A DNA stretch of 63,698 nt, filler included, from 10 parts of 10 records of this genome joined end to end with filler, not necessarily neighbours in it; one strand, 5' to 3'; positions 21,216 through 31,486 are shown, counted from the first letter of the whole stretch. A program made the numbers and translations. Notes: generated by a model from the letters alone, not told the origin.

Positions 21216-23729
21216 TTAAAACGTGTAATTGATTCCTGCATAATATTTGGAGCCCAGCACACGATTGTGGAGATCTTCCTCTTTTTCATCAAAGAGGTTG
21301 TCCACGCCGACATATAGCTCCAGACCATTGAAGAGTCGTTTTTTCACGTTGAGATTGCAGACAGTGAAGCTAAAATTCTCTTCGTCCTCAAGAAAATCCG
21401 ACACATGCTCACCCCACAGGTTCACGTCGAAATCGTAGGTGTCGTTGCTGTAGAAGAGTTTGGCTGTAATTTTATTTTTAGCCCGTTGTTCCAGGCGTTC
21501 ATCCGTGTTTTTGTCGGTGGCGTCGAGATAAGTATATCCCGCCTCAAAGGTGAGGTGTTTATTGAATCGAACATTGCATTCCACTTCCGACCCTTTAATC
21601 TCGGCTTCGTTGATGTTGGTGTAGTTATAGATGGTCGCTCCGGTCTCTTCTTCTTTTCCACCTTTGACGGAATCGATGAGATCTTCGATATCGTTATGAA
21701 AAAAGGCGACGCGACCGCCGATTCGCCCCTTTTCAGCTTCAAATGCAACTTCGTAGCTGTCGCTCGTCTCGGGATCGAGATCGGGATTGCCGATCATGTG
21801 ATACTTGCCGCCCATACCGTACCAATCTTTATACAGCTGACCGATTGCCGGAGTGGCATAACTATGTCCGTAGTTGGCTTTTATCCTGAATTGCTTGTGA
21901 ACAAACCAGGTGATACCGATTTTGGGACTCAGTTCATTATCGAAATCATCGGGTTTGTCGTAGCGGATACCGGGAACGATCAAGAATTTTTCACCGATAA
22001 ACCACTCATCCTGAAGAAAAAGGGAGTAGGAAGAGGGGTCGTATTCCGACCCTTCAATGGTGATGCCCTCCCGCGTCAGGGTAAAGGGGTTTTCGCCGGT
22101 GTTGTTGCGCGCGCTGTGGAAGAGCTCCCTGCGCCAGTCGCCACCCAGCGTGACCCGATGGCTTTGGGCAAGCAGTTTTGAAACAAAAGCTTCCACCACG
22201 GTGGTCTCACGCTCGTCATCGGTAAAATCTTTCAGCTCCCCTTCCGGATGAAGCGTCCCACGGCTGGTGTAATCCTGGGCGTATCTGGACTCATAGTCTT
22301 TCTCCCAGGTGGAGAAGTAAGCTCTCACATTTGCCTGGAGATCTTTCGTGTCATAGACAACCCCCATGGAGGTCCCCATCTGCTCGTAACAGTTATCCGA
22401 GCTTCTCATATAGGTACTGAAAATTTCATTTTCGACATCATCGTTGGAAAACTCAAAGGTGATGTCCGATGAAAGTACGTCGGAGAATTTCCAGGTCACT
22501 TTGCTGTTGATACGATAGAGTTCCTTATCGGGAGAAAGGTACTCATCATCATTGTTTTTCAGGGGCTCTTTTTTGATGGCACTGCCTGAGAGAAAAAAGC
22601 CGAGACGGCCCATCTTATCTCCGGCGGCAGCAATTTCAAAAGAGGCTTCGATGCCGTCGGCATCACCGTCGTCACTGTAAGCGCTGTACTTAAACCCAAC
22701 CCCGGCGGTGGTCTTTTTCGGTGTTTTGGTGATGATATTGATCACGCCGCCCATGGCCTCGGAACCATAGAGGGTACTCATGGGACCACGGATAATCTCG
22801 ATGCGCTCGATATTATCCGAAGTAATCCGATCCAGCTCGTTGAATTTGCCCAAAGGACCGGCCATGCGTCTGCCGTCGATGAGAATCAAGGTGTGCTTTC
22901 CCTCAAAGCCGCGAATGGAAGGGGCGGATCGGAGCATGTTTTCGTAAAAATCGATACCAACGGCATAGGTGAGCACATCCTGTGCCGTGGATCCGGCCAT
23001 GTTGCGGATCTCCTTTGCCGTAATGATCTCGGTACTGACAGGCACGTCTTTGAGTTTACTCTCGGTTCGGGTGGCGGTGACCAGGGTGGTATCCATGATC
23101 ATCATTTCGTCATGGGAATCCGGCTCTGCAGCATCCGCATTCAATGGCCCGCCGAAAAAGTCGGAAAAGTTACTGGAGAAGAGTGACAGTGCCAAGGCGA
23201 AACATAAAATAACGGCCAGTTGCGGCAGTTTAGCAACCATTTGAATAAAGGCGTTTTTTGCGTTTGCCAGATCCGTGTCGTCGGGGTGTTTTTCAGCTTC
23301 CTTGAGTCTGGCTTCCCGCTCCGGTGTCATGGCGTGGTGGGGATGGTCCTTCATATGTTCGGCCATCCACTTGACCAAGGCCGGATCCACCTTACCCTGG
23401 CACATGAATGTTCCTAGAATTTCGTTTCCTTCCAAAAGAGATTTGACCCTCTCCAAACTTTCCTTGGCATGATCGGAATCGGGATATGCGCCGAGGGTGC
23501 CGAAAAGGCCGATCCGTTTCCCCTTGATTTCTTTAAAATATGTTTGGGCCTTTAGATCGGCACTTCCCTTGTCCACCCAGAATCCCAGAGCCAGAAAATC
23601 GATCCCGTCAACGCTGGGCGCATCCTCCACGGGATGGATCTTCTTGGGTTCCGGCAGCGCATTAAACACCGCTTCTGCCACCTTTTTTGTATTTCCTGTT
23701 TTACTTGAATAGACAACCAGTGATTTCAT
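21216..23729 (-). CDS. Flavodoxin fused in-frame to a signal-peptide-like segment and a TonB-dependent receptor (likely heme)
   Basis: aa1-~168 flavodoxin (VYSSKTGNTKKVA, GFWVDKG, LFGTLGA, FMCQGK, HPDDTDL). Then a hydrophobic segment ending ADA|AE, plug (VTATRT, IERIEIIRGPMSTLYGSEAMGGVINIITK), YATP...H...NPDL, and terminal YTF. Confidence 0.88.
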   Translation of the reverse strand: MKSLVVYSSKTGNTKKVAEAVFNALPEPKKIHPVEDAPSVDGIDFLALGFWVDKGSADLKAQTYFKEIKGKRIGLFGTLGAYPDSDHAKESLERVKSLLEGNEILGTFMCQGKVDPALVKWMAEHMKDHPHHAMTPEREARLKEAEKHPDDTDLANAKNAFIQMVAKLPQLAVILCFALALSLFSSNFSDFFGGPLNADAAEPDSHDEMMIMDTTLVTATRTESKLKDVPVSTEIITAKEIRNMAGSTAQDVLTYAVGIDFYENMLRSAPSIRGFEGKHTLILIDGRRMAGPLGKFNELDRITSDNIERIEIIRGPMSTLYGSEAMGGVINIITKTPKKTTAGVGFKYSAYSDDGDADGIEASFEIAAAGDKMGRLGFFLSGSAIKKEPLKNNDDEYLSPDKELYRINSKVTWKFSDVLSSDITFEFSNDDVENEIFSTYMRSSDNCYEQMGTSMGVVYDTKDLQANVRAYFSTWEKDYESRYAQDYTSRGTLHPEGELKDFTDDERETTVVEAFVSKLLAQSHRVTLGGDWRRELFHSARNNTGENPFTLTREGITIEGSEYDPSSYSLFLQDEWFIGEKFLIVPGIRYDKPDDFDNELSPKIGITWFVHKQFRIKANYGHSYATPAIGQLYKDWYGMGGKYHMIGNPDLDPETSDSYEVAFEAEKGRIGGRVAFFHNDIEDLIDSVKGGKEEETGATIYNYTNINEAEIKGSEVECNVRFNKHLTFEAGYTYLDATDKNTDERLEQRAKNKITAKLFYSNDTYDFDVNLWGEHVSDFLEDEENFSFTVCNLNVKKRLFNGLELYVGVDNLFDEKEEDLHNRVLGSKYYAGINYTF

Positions 23730-23935
23730 CTTTTCTCCTGGGGAAAATGATTAAGCGAAAGGTTCAAGCGATGGGTACCGCAGTTTGAGATCAGCTGCAT
23801 ATTGGCTCCGTCAAGCCCGCTGGGTCCGGTCAAGAGAACGCACTCTCCCGCCCCTACGGAGAGTGAAAGGTTTTCCACGGCCTTTGTTTCTTGAAAAGGA
23901 TAACTGTATGAGATGTTTTCAAATTCAATCATAAT
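23726..23935 (-). pseudogene. Internally deleted ECF/ABC ATPase remnant
   Basis: MIEFENISYSYP...GECVLLTGPSG (start of Walker A) joined directly to LDGANMQLIS (the sequence after Walker B DEPTSG). Confidence 0.7.
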
Positions 23936-24144
23936 ATTCTTATCGGAAAATCTCCATAACATCCTGTAATAAAAAAACTTTCACGTATCGTTGTGATGTG
24001 CCGGCAAACATGGAGATTTTTCATGCTTTGTTGTGTCAGGTGGCNNNNNNNNNNNNNNNNNNNNNNNNNNNNNNNNNNNNNNNNNNNNTTAATTAATTAA
24101 NNNNNNNNNNNNNNNNNNNNNNNNNNNNNNNNNNNNNNNNNNNN

Positions 24145-24934
24145 TTGGCCGTCGATTTCCCTGATGGGTGGGGGGTACACCTTTGATGACCAGCCGGGTC
24201 TGACAAACGAACCGACTTACGGTGTGCGGATCGGCTACGAAATAAAAGGGAGGGACATGGCCAACCGGCTCGGTATTGAAGGGGTCTATCAGCATGTCGC
24301 TGGCGATATTGAATCTTTGGATGTTGACGTTGACGTGACCCAGGCGCGCCTCGATCTTATCTATCTGTACAATCCCATTAAAAAATGGCTTAAATTGACA
24401 CCGTTTTTAAGCGTTGGAGCAGGAGCCCAGTTTGTTGAACGGGATGATGACGTTGAGAGCGATCCCGTTATCGCTTACGGCTTTGGTGTTAAGCTACCGC
24501 TCGGTGATTCTTTGGCCTTCCGGATGGATGCTCGGCATGTGATGGTTTTTGATGATGAACAGAAAAACGAATTTGAGTACACCGCTGGACTCCATTATGC
24601 ATTTGGCAAACCTAAAAAGGTTCGGCCAGAAAAGGTCGAGCGGCTCGACTCGGACAGTGATGGTGTGTTTGATGATCGCGATCAGTGTCCGGATACTCCT
24701 GCAGGAATGAAGATTGACCAGAACGGTTGTCCTGTGAACCCGCCCGATCTGGATGAAGATGGTGTCCCGGATTACCTGGATCGATGCCTCGGTACGGTAG
24801 CGGGCTATCCCGTCGATACCGATGGCTGCCTGTTTGACGGTGATGGGGATGGGGTGGCGGATCCATTTGACAAGTGTCCGAATAATCCACCTGGTTTCGA
24901 AGTGAATGATGAAGGTTGTATGAAGATCAGGTAA
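24145..24934 (+). CDS. OmpA/OprF-like beta-barrel with thrombospondin type-3 Ca-binding repeats, no C-terminal peptidoglycan-binding domain (5' truncated)
   Basis: PFLSVGAG, FRMDARH, YTAGLHYAFG, three DxDGVxDxxDxC repeats, stop right after the last repeat. Confidence 0.8.
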
Positions 24935-24944
24935 GGGGTTTGAG

Positions 24945-25493
24945 ATGACTAAAAACAGACCGGTCAGACTCAGTTTCAGTGTGAAATTTCAGGTTAAATA
25001 CTGTCTGATTATCGCGATTTTGGTGGCGGTGGCAAGCTGGCTTTTGTACCTTCTTCTTGATCAGGCCCTGGGAGGTGGTTACCGTGAGAGCCTCAGGACT
25101 CTTTATTATCTGGACCAGAACCTGCCGTTTTACCTGTCGATCATGGCTCTGTTTTTAACTCTGTTCATCTTGATTCTGACTCTGGTTGTGACGTTGCTGG
25201 TGTCACATCAGATTGCCGGCCCCGTGTTCCGTTATGAAGATGTTTTGCGCAAGATAATCGCAGGTGATTTCCCCGAGCGTGTCGCAACGCGACAGACGGA
25301 CCAGTTAAAGACTCTGGTGGGGTCTTTAAATCGTTTGACCGACCGTTGTCGCGAGACCTTTGAAGCGGCTGGTGCCCTCAAGAACACCGTCACGGATTCG
25401 CTTGATAATAACCCATCAACGGCACAGGACGTATTGCTGAATCAGATCGATGTTGTTCGTCGGACGATGAAACCGGAGCGGAGGTCTGAGTGA
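24945..25493 (+). CDS. 2-TM HAMP-like membrane protein (FQxKY...SHxIAGP family)
   Basis: KFQVKYC, two TM helices, SHQIAGPVFRYE, GDF...RQTDQL. Confidence 0.75.
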   Translation: MTKNRPVRLSFSVKFQVKYCLIIAILVAVASWLLYLLLDQALGGGYRESLRTLYYLDQNLPFYLSIMALFLTLFILILTLVVTLLVSHQIAGPVFRYEDVLRKIIAGDFPERVATRQTDQLKTLVGSLNRLTDRCRETFEAAGALKNTVTDSLDNNPSTAQDVLLNQIDVVRRTMKPERRSE

Positions 25494-26287
25494 GTATCCG
25501 TTTTTTCATCCTGCTCTTGGTTCTTCTGGTTGTTGGTCTGCTCTCCGGAGTCACTCTCTGGAGCGATTTTGACAACGAGGGGCACGAGTTTGAAGGGCGT
25601 TGTAATTTTTGCCATCTGGCAACGCCTCAGCAGGGGGAGGAGGATATCCGTTTTACCCGGTCGATCAGTCATCTGTGCCAGGAGTGTCATGGGGTGTCGC
25701 GGGAGAATTCTCATCCCATCGGAGTTCTGCCGAGCTTCGACATTCCAGAGATCTTCCCTTTAGACTGGGCTGGGAAAATGACCTGTGCGACCTGTCATGA
25801 CCCGCATTCTTCGGCCAGAAATCAGTATTTGAGGACAGAGGCGCGCGGTCGGGATTTCTGTATCTTGTGTCACACGAAGTTTCTTCCCTTTGATGATCCC
25901 CACGTCGGAACCATCAGTATTGCGCATTCAAAGTCCGGTGTTTATGAATCCGATTCTCCATTGGCTCAAATTCTGGACCCGATTACTTTAGAGTGCCTGA
26001 GCTGTCACGACGGTGTGATTGCTTCGGATGCGAGTTATAAAATTGTGGGTGGTGACGCTGTGACTTATGAACGGGATGGGCTGTCACACCCGATCGGAAT
26101 GGATTATCAGGCATCAGCCATGCATGACAGGGAGCTGAGGGATGTTTCGGCATTGTCACCATACATCGCCCTGTATGATGGTAAGGTTGGTTGTGCATCG
26201 TGTCATAACCCGTATTCGTCTCAACACAGGATGTTGACACTGAATAATACTGGTAGCGCACTGTGTCTGGAATGTCATATCAAGTAA
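25490..26287 (+). CDS. Heptaheme c-type cytochrome (doubled-CXXCH type)
   Basis: Signal/anchor plus 7 CxxCH (CNFCH, CQECH, CATCH, CILCH, CLSCH, CASCH, CLECH); SHPIG motifs. Confidence 0.92.
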   Translation: MSIRFFILLLVLLVVGLLSGVTLWSDFDNEGHEFEGRCNFCHLATPQQGEEDIRFTRSISHLCQECHGVSRENSHPIGVLPSFDIPEIFPLDWAGKMTCATCHDPHSSARNQYLRTEARGRDFCILCHTKFLPFDDPHVGTISIAHSKSGVYESDSPLAQILDPITLECLSCHDGVIASDASYKIVGGDAVTYERDGLSHPIGMDYQASAMHDRELRDVSALSPYIALYDGKVGCASCHNPYSSQHRMLTLNNTGSALCLECHIK

Positions 26288-26309
26288 CAAGCGTATGCAG
26301 GAGATTTAA

Positions 26310-26863
26310 ATGGCCAGACCGAATATGTTTACGCGACGATATTTTGTTCAGAAGGGTTTTCAAGGGAAGTTTATTCTCCTCTATGCTTTGTCGGTCTGTA
26401 CTGTTGTTGGGCTAGCGACTTGGAGTCTGTATCGACAGATTGAAGCAGCGGTCGAAACACACCTGTATCGGACGCATATCACGATCGAACGGGTAGGAGA
26501 CTTTCTGGTTGCCTTGATGTTCTCAGCGAATCTGTATGCCATCCTCGCAGTTTTCGCGGTGGTTTTATTTGTTTCTCTTCTGGTTTTCAGGGCAATCAAT
26601 GGAACGTTTCAAAAGATTGACTATTCCATAGAGACGATGGCGAAGGGGACTTTTCTCAGCCCTATCAACAGGGATATGCGTTTGCTGAAGTGGGGGACTT
26701 GAGGTTTCTGTTGGAACAGGCAAGAGTGAAGAATAATAGTCGATTTGAACAATTGAGTTCGGCTCTTGATGATCTGGAAGCAGGTGTGCGCGAGGGAGAT
26801 TCGGAGCGGGTAAAAACTGGCAAGATCAAGCTCGATCTTGCCTTGGAAGATGTCAGACTTTAA
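26310..26863 (+). CDS. Second 2-TM HAMP-like membrane protein (frameshift in G run at ~26645)
   Basis: RRYFVQKGFQGKFI motif, two TMs. Adding one G gives AKGDFSQ...LEDVRL*. Confidence 0.7.
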
Positions 26864-26899
26864 CATCATGCGGTGGAATTGTAATGAAGGGATTTTTCT

Positions 26900-27883
26900 A
26901 TGGTAAATAGATTTTTAAAGGTTCTGCTTTTTGGGGCTGCGATGTTGGTTGGCCTTAACCCCGTTTTTGCAGATGATAATAAATATGTCATTGCCAGGGT
27001 TGGTGATGTTGATATCACGGTATTTGAATTGCAGAGGCAATCCCAGCGCATTATGCCCTTTAACAAGACGTTTCATGGTGGGGTCTCTAAAGAAAAAATG
27101 CATGAAATCCGAATGATGGCATTTGAAACCCTTGTCGAACAGGCCTACAAAGTTAATTACGCACAGAGAAATAATATTTTGGCTCCTGAAGATCGAGTTC
27201 AAAAGAAAATTGACGCAGTTGTTGCGAAGGTGGGTGGTCAAGAGCAATTGATGAAGGTGCTGCGCGATGAGAGTTATGAGTCTTTTAAAGCATCGGTGGA
27301 AAGACTTCTGGTCTCTGAGGAGGCTGAAGAAATCGCGGTCAAGTCAAAAATTGACATTGGCGATGAAGAGTTGCTGACTTTTTATCGTGCGAACACTTTC
27401 ATGTATCAGCGCCCGAAGAAATATCGAGCCAGTCATATTCTTATCCGGGTTGACCCGAGCTTGGTGGGTGAAGAGCGACAAAAATTGATTTCTAAAGCTG
27501 AAAAGCTCGCCGAGCAAGCAAAATCTGGAGAAGACTTCTATAACTTGGCTTATTATAATTCCGACGAGGATACTAAATTTGTTGGCGGTGATATCGGTTA
27601 TTTTCAATCGGGGCAAACGGTTAAGGAATTTGAGGATGCTGTCAAAGAGTTAGAACCGGGGGATATCGTTGGTCCGGTCGAAACGATCTCAGGTTTCCAT
27701 GTCATTCAATTGACGGATATCCAGGATGCACGCTTGCTGGATTTTGATGAAGTAAAAGGGAAAATAAAGAAAACACTGGAAGATAAGCAATATGGGCAGC
27801 GATATAGTGAATGGATTTCTGAATTGGAAAGAACGGTTGAAATTGTAATATTTCATCCTGAACTAAAATCATACGATCAGTAG
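26900..27883 (+). CDS. PpiC/parvulin (SurA/PrsA-like) periplasmic foldase
   Basis: Signal peptide, YRASHILI, GEDFYNLA, GGDIG, GPVETISGFHVI. Confidence 0.92.
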   Translation: MVNRFLKVLLFGAAMLVGLNPVFADDNKYVIARVGDVDITVFELQRQSQRIMPFNKTFHGGVSKEKMHEIRMMAFETLVEQAYKVNYAQRNNILAPEDRVQKKIDAVVAKVGGQEQLMKVLRDESYESFKASVERLLVSEEAEEIAVKSKIDIGDEELLTFYRANTFMYQRPKKYRASHILIRVDPSLVGEERQKLISKAEKLAEQAKSGEDFYNLAYYNSDEDTKFVGGDIGYFQSGQTVKEFEDAVKELEPGDIVGPVETISGFHVIQLTDIQDARLLDFDEVKGKIKKTLEDKQYGQRYSEWISELERTVEIVIFHPELKSYDQ

Positions 27884-27899
27884 TTAGCAGGAGGCTAAA

Positions 27900-28468
27900 T
27901 TGAATAGAGTCTTATACGTTGTATGTTTCATTCTGGTGGCCGTTTTATGCGCTGCTCCGGTATCCGCTTTTAAAGATTTGGATGTGGAGAAAATTGAGGC
28001 GTTGGCGTTAAAGGGGGATCCGGTCGCGCAGACAAAAATGGGGGTTATTTATTCCCGTGGTTTGTTGGATAAAGTCGATATTGATAAAGATAAAGCGGTT
28101 ATGTGGTACCAGAAAGCTGCAGATCAGGGCTATGTAAATGCTCAGTGGAATCTGGCATTTATGCATGTTAGAGGAGAGGGGGTTAAAAAAGACCTTAAAA
28201 AAGCGCGTGATCTTTTCAGAAAAGCCGCAGAGCAGGGGTACGCTCCAGCTGAATACGATTTAGGCATGATGTCTCTTTATGGAATGGGGGGAAAAGAAGT
28301 CGGAGTGAAGCGCTGAAATGGGTGCGTAAGGCTGCAGATCAGGATTATAAAGAGGCAATCGGTTTTCTAAGGTCTCAAGGAGAATATGAAGAGAAGATGT
28401 TTGGTGATAAGAAGAAGTCTGAAAATCCAAAGGGAGAGGGTGCAGAAAAGGAGCAGCCAAGCATGTGA
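27900..28468 (+). CDS. Sel1-repeat secreted protein (frameshift near 28290)
   Basis: AVMWYQKAADQGYVNAQWNLA, FRKAAEQGYAPAEYDLG, continuing as EALKWVRKAADQDY in the next frame. Confidence 0.85.
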
Positions 28469-28515
28469 ATTGATAGTTGTTGAGCCTGAAGAAAGTTAAG
28501 GATGGTTTTGTTTGA

Positions 28516-28546
28516 TGCCTCTCTCGTTTATGGGGGAGGCATTTTT
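28516..28546 (+). terminator. Intrinsic terminator
   Basis: ATGCCTCTCTC-loop-GGGGGAGGCAT followed by a T run. Confidence 0.6.
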
Positions 28547-28696
28547 GCGGCCTAAAAACAATATTTCAAGTGTTATAAATAAGCTTTTACAGTTTAGAAT
28601 AATGATCTGAACTGTTTGTTTTGATATTTATGCTGTGCGCGTGTGCTGGGTGGGATCGGACTGAGACTGTTTCTTGGCGACTTAGAGTTAAAGACA

Positions 28697-28734
28697 AAAA
28701 AGGCGGAACCGACAATCTCGGTTCCGCCTTTTTC
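28697..28734. terminator. Bidirectional intrinsic terminator
   Basis: AAAAAAGGCGGAACCGA-CAATC-TCGGTTCCGCCTTTTT between convergent genes. Confidence 0.85.
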
Positions 28735-28746
28735 TACTGACTGGCT

Positions 28747-30684
28747 TTATATGCCGGGAAGCCCGTCAAGCATACGGTCTTCAGTACTGGATCCATTCAG
28801 CTGGAAGCCAACGACATCCTGATCTGAACTGAACTTGATGAAGGTTGCAGAAGAAATATCTCCGGAGAAGAGTCCTTCGGCCAAATTAACGATTTTAGCG
28901 TTGGCAGCAAGAGAAACAGACGCGGTATCGATTACGTTTCCTGAATTATCAAGTGCGTCGAGGTCAACATTTGCAGTCGAAGAGGATGTGTTGACAAATG
29001 CGATTCCTGTCCAACCTTCATGATCTATCTTGGCGAATAGTCCATCAGAGCGTTGAATGTTCACTGAGGTGTATCCAGCGAGCTGATAGCCATCGTAGGT
29101 GCCAAATAACTCAAAGCCAGAAATTGGTGTGTTGGTGTCCAGTTTAAACCAGGCAGTTCCTTCTGGTAGCCCGAGAGACGACGCGATACCAATATATTTT
29201 CCTTTACTTGGAATCGGAAGCTCAGAGGTACCCAACTGACTGCCGTTTGTATCGTAGGAGGTAATGGTGAGTGTTGCTGTGACCACCCCCGGATTGTAGC
29301 CGACAATGCCGGTCCACCAGGTTGAATCACTGGCAACGTGAGGATAGTAAAGTGACGACGCCGTCTGATCGTTCAGCAAGATGCCGCTGAGGTAGTTATT
29401 GGTGTAGCCACCAAAAAGCTCGAGACCGATAATTCCTTCGGCGTCACTGATTTCGGCTGAACTGACGTTTGCACCTGTGATGCCGGAAAGGGATCCAATC
29501 GTTCCTGCCCAGTGTTGCCCGGCAGCAAGAGTCAACTCATAGGTGCTGTCGTCGCTGAAGGTGAATGTGACCGTTTTTTCAGCTGTATTTGTGTTGACCA
29601 AAGCGACACCGGTCCACCAGTCTGAACTGGAATCAATGTGACTGACGTTTAAATTACGCGAGTTGATTATCGATACCGCGGGGATGGCAACTCTGTACTC
29701 GGGGCGATAAAATTTCTCGTAGCCGCTGGCGAGCGACGCTGTCGCGATAAACTTCATATAGCCAATTTGAGTGTGTTGGCTGAAGTCATCTCCAACAGTG
29801 TAGACGACACGGCCATCAACAGGAACAGTGACAGCTTTGGTTTCGACCTGAGTGCCTGAATTGTCATAGGCGTAAAGGGTTCCTTCCAGTTGAGCATTGC
29901 CACTGTTGAGGATGCCTATCTCTGTTTCCCAATCAGATCCTCCACTGGCACTGTCGATGTGAGGAAAGTACAGGAATGATCCAATCAGGTAAATATCTGA
30001 ATTGAATGGATCAGCGTCGAGTGCCAAGCCAGTTGTTGAATCTGCTTGTGAGTAACCGTCGTTCCAGTAGTCGGGATAACCATCGCCGTCAGTGTCGACG
30101 CTGGCAGCGGGATCATTTGGAAATGCATCAGATGAATCAGGAACACCGTCAGCATCGGCATCAGGGCCGACGGTCCCGGTAAAGGTTCTTTCGTAAATGG
30201 CAGAAAAGTCACACGAGCTTTCTACGTTGTCATAGGGATCCAAAAGGTCCAATGATCCAACACCTGCAGTCGTTGCTGTAATTCTTCCGGGCTGTTGAGA
30301 TGGTGATTCCGAGCAGCCTGTCATTTCAAGTTTTTTGCCGTTGTCTTCGTAGGTGATCAAATTGTTAAGTGTATACCAGTTTGTGTTGTCGTAGCTGACA
30401 TTAACGGTTGAGTTTGAGAGAGGAACGGACGGCCCCCATTTTTCGAAAACTTCTAAGACGATGCATGAGTCGGTCGTGCTGAATGTAATCGAGCCTGATG
30501 TGCCTGAAAGCGTCATATCTGCGTTGTCGGCCGTGACATCTATATTACAACCATGAGTTTCAATGTATTTGTTGACGTAGATTCCTTTGTAGAGGTTGTT
30601 TGCATATCTGGTGACTGTTATCGGATCAGCGATAGCAATACTTGGAAGGATTAGCAGGCATAGGGCTGTAAAGAATTTAATCAT
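28747..30684 (-). CDS. Secreted/surface protein: two Cys-pair N-terminal repeats, TSP3-like repeats, ~4 beta-sandwich repeats
   Basis: Signal MIKFFTALCLLILPSIAIA; DADADGVPDSSDAFP; repeats of LYFPH..S...W.TG+.+VN...G.ELFG. Confidence 0.75.
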   Translation of the reverse strand: MIKFFTALCLLILPSIAIADPITVTRYANNLYKGIYVNKYIETHGCNIDVTADNADMTLSGTSGSITFSTTDSCIVLEVFEKWGPSVPLSNSTVNVSYDNTNWYTLNNLITYEDNGKKLEMTGCSESPSQQPGRITATTAGVGSLDLLDPYDNVESSCDFSAIYERTFTGTVGPDADADGVPDSSDAFPNDPAASVDTDGDGYPDYWNDGYSQADSTTGLALDADPFNSDIYLIGSFLYFPHIDSASGGSDWETEIGILNSGNAQLEGTLYAYDNSGTQVETKAVTVPVDGRVVYTVGDDFSQHTQIGYMKFIATASLASGYEKFYRPEYRVAIPAVSIINSRNLNVSHIDSSSDWWTGVALVNTNTAEKTVTFTFSDDSTYELTLAAGQHWAGTIGSLSGITGANVSSAEISDAEGIIGLELFGGYTNNYLSGILLNDQTASSLYYPHVASDSTWWTGIVGYNPGVVTATLTITSYDTNGSQLGTSELPIPSKGKYIGIASSLGLPEGTAWFKLDTNTPISGFELFGTYDGYQLAGYTSVNIQRSDGLFAKIDHEGWTGIAFVNTSSSTANVDLDALDNSGNVIDTASVSLAANAKIVNLAEGLFSGDISSATFIKFSSDQDVVGFQLNGSSTEDRMLDGLPGI

Positions 30685-30910
30685 TATTTTTAGTCTCCGA
30701 CAAACGTATGAGTTTTGACTGTTCTCTAGTTTAGGCATCTTGAATATGCATGAAACACACCATTAATAATTAAGTCAATAGAAACATAAGTCTTCAAATT
30801 AGCACGGTTTTTACGGTAGCATTAATTAAGGAAGGCTATGAATTAACGTCGACAGGCATATGCCCATGTATGGTTGTCTTATGTCTGATTGAATAAGGGT
30901 TTTGGCGAGA

Positions 30911-31360
30911 TCAGTCTAAAGCGTGAGCAATGCCGTGGCAGTCACCACAGTTCGGGAATTTCTCGTGCATGGCATCCGCATGCGGTTCACCGTGGCAGGT
31001 GCGGCAGTCGGGTATGACGGCGTGCTGTTCATGGCATTCGACACAGCTTAAGTCGCGGTGTTTCTTCGGGCTGGCAGCAAGCTGGGCACCGGCCAGTTCG
31101 TGGCAGGGAGCGCAGAAGCCCGTCGGAATGTCGGTCGAGGCGAAGACCATCTCAAGCGGTTTGTGCGGTTCGTGGCACGATTGGCAGTCGTCCTCCGCCA
31201 TCTCTGTGCCGTGTGAATTATGGCATGACATGCATTCGGGCATAAATGCGTGCTCGTAGTGGCAGTCGGTACAGACTAGAAGGCTGTGATAGCTTTGATT
31301 CTGGGCTAGATCAGGCCCCTGACTTTCGTGACAGGTCATGCATTCATCGTGGGCTTTTTT
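30911..31360 (-). CDS. C-terminal part of a multiheme c-type cytochrome (at least 8 hemes)
   Basis: CMTCH, CTDCH, CMSCH, CQSCH, CAPCH, CVECH, CRTCH, CGDCH in ~145 aa; cut by the contig end. Confidence 0.9.
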   Translation of the reverse strand, partial: KKAHDECMTCHESQGPDLAQNQSYHSLLVCTDCHYEHAFMPECMSCHNSHGTEMAEDDCQSCHEPHKPLEMVFASTDIPTGFCAPCHELAGAQLAASPKKHRDLSCVECHEQHAVIPDCRTCHGEPHADAMHEKFPNCGDCHGIAHALD

Positions 31361-31486
31361 NNNNNNNNNNNNNNNNNNNNNNNNNNNNNNNNNNNNNNNN
31401 NNNNTTAATTAATTAANNNNNNNNNNNNNNNNNNNNNNNNNNNNNNNNNNNNNNNNNNNNACACACACACACACACACACACACAG

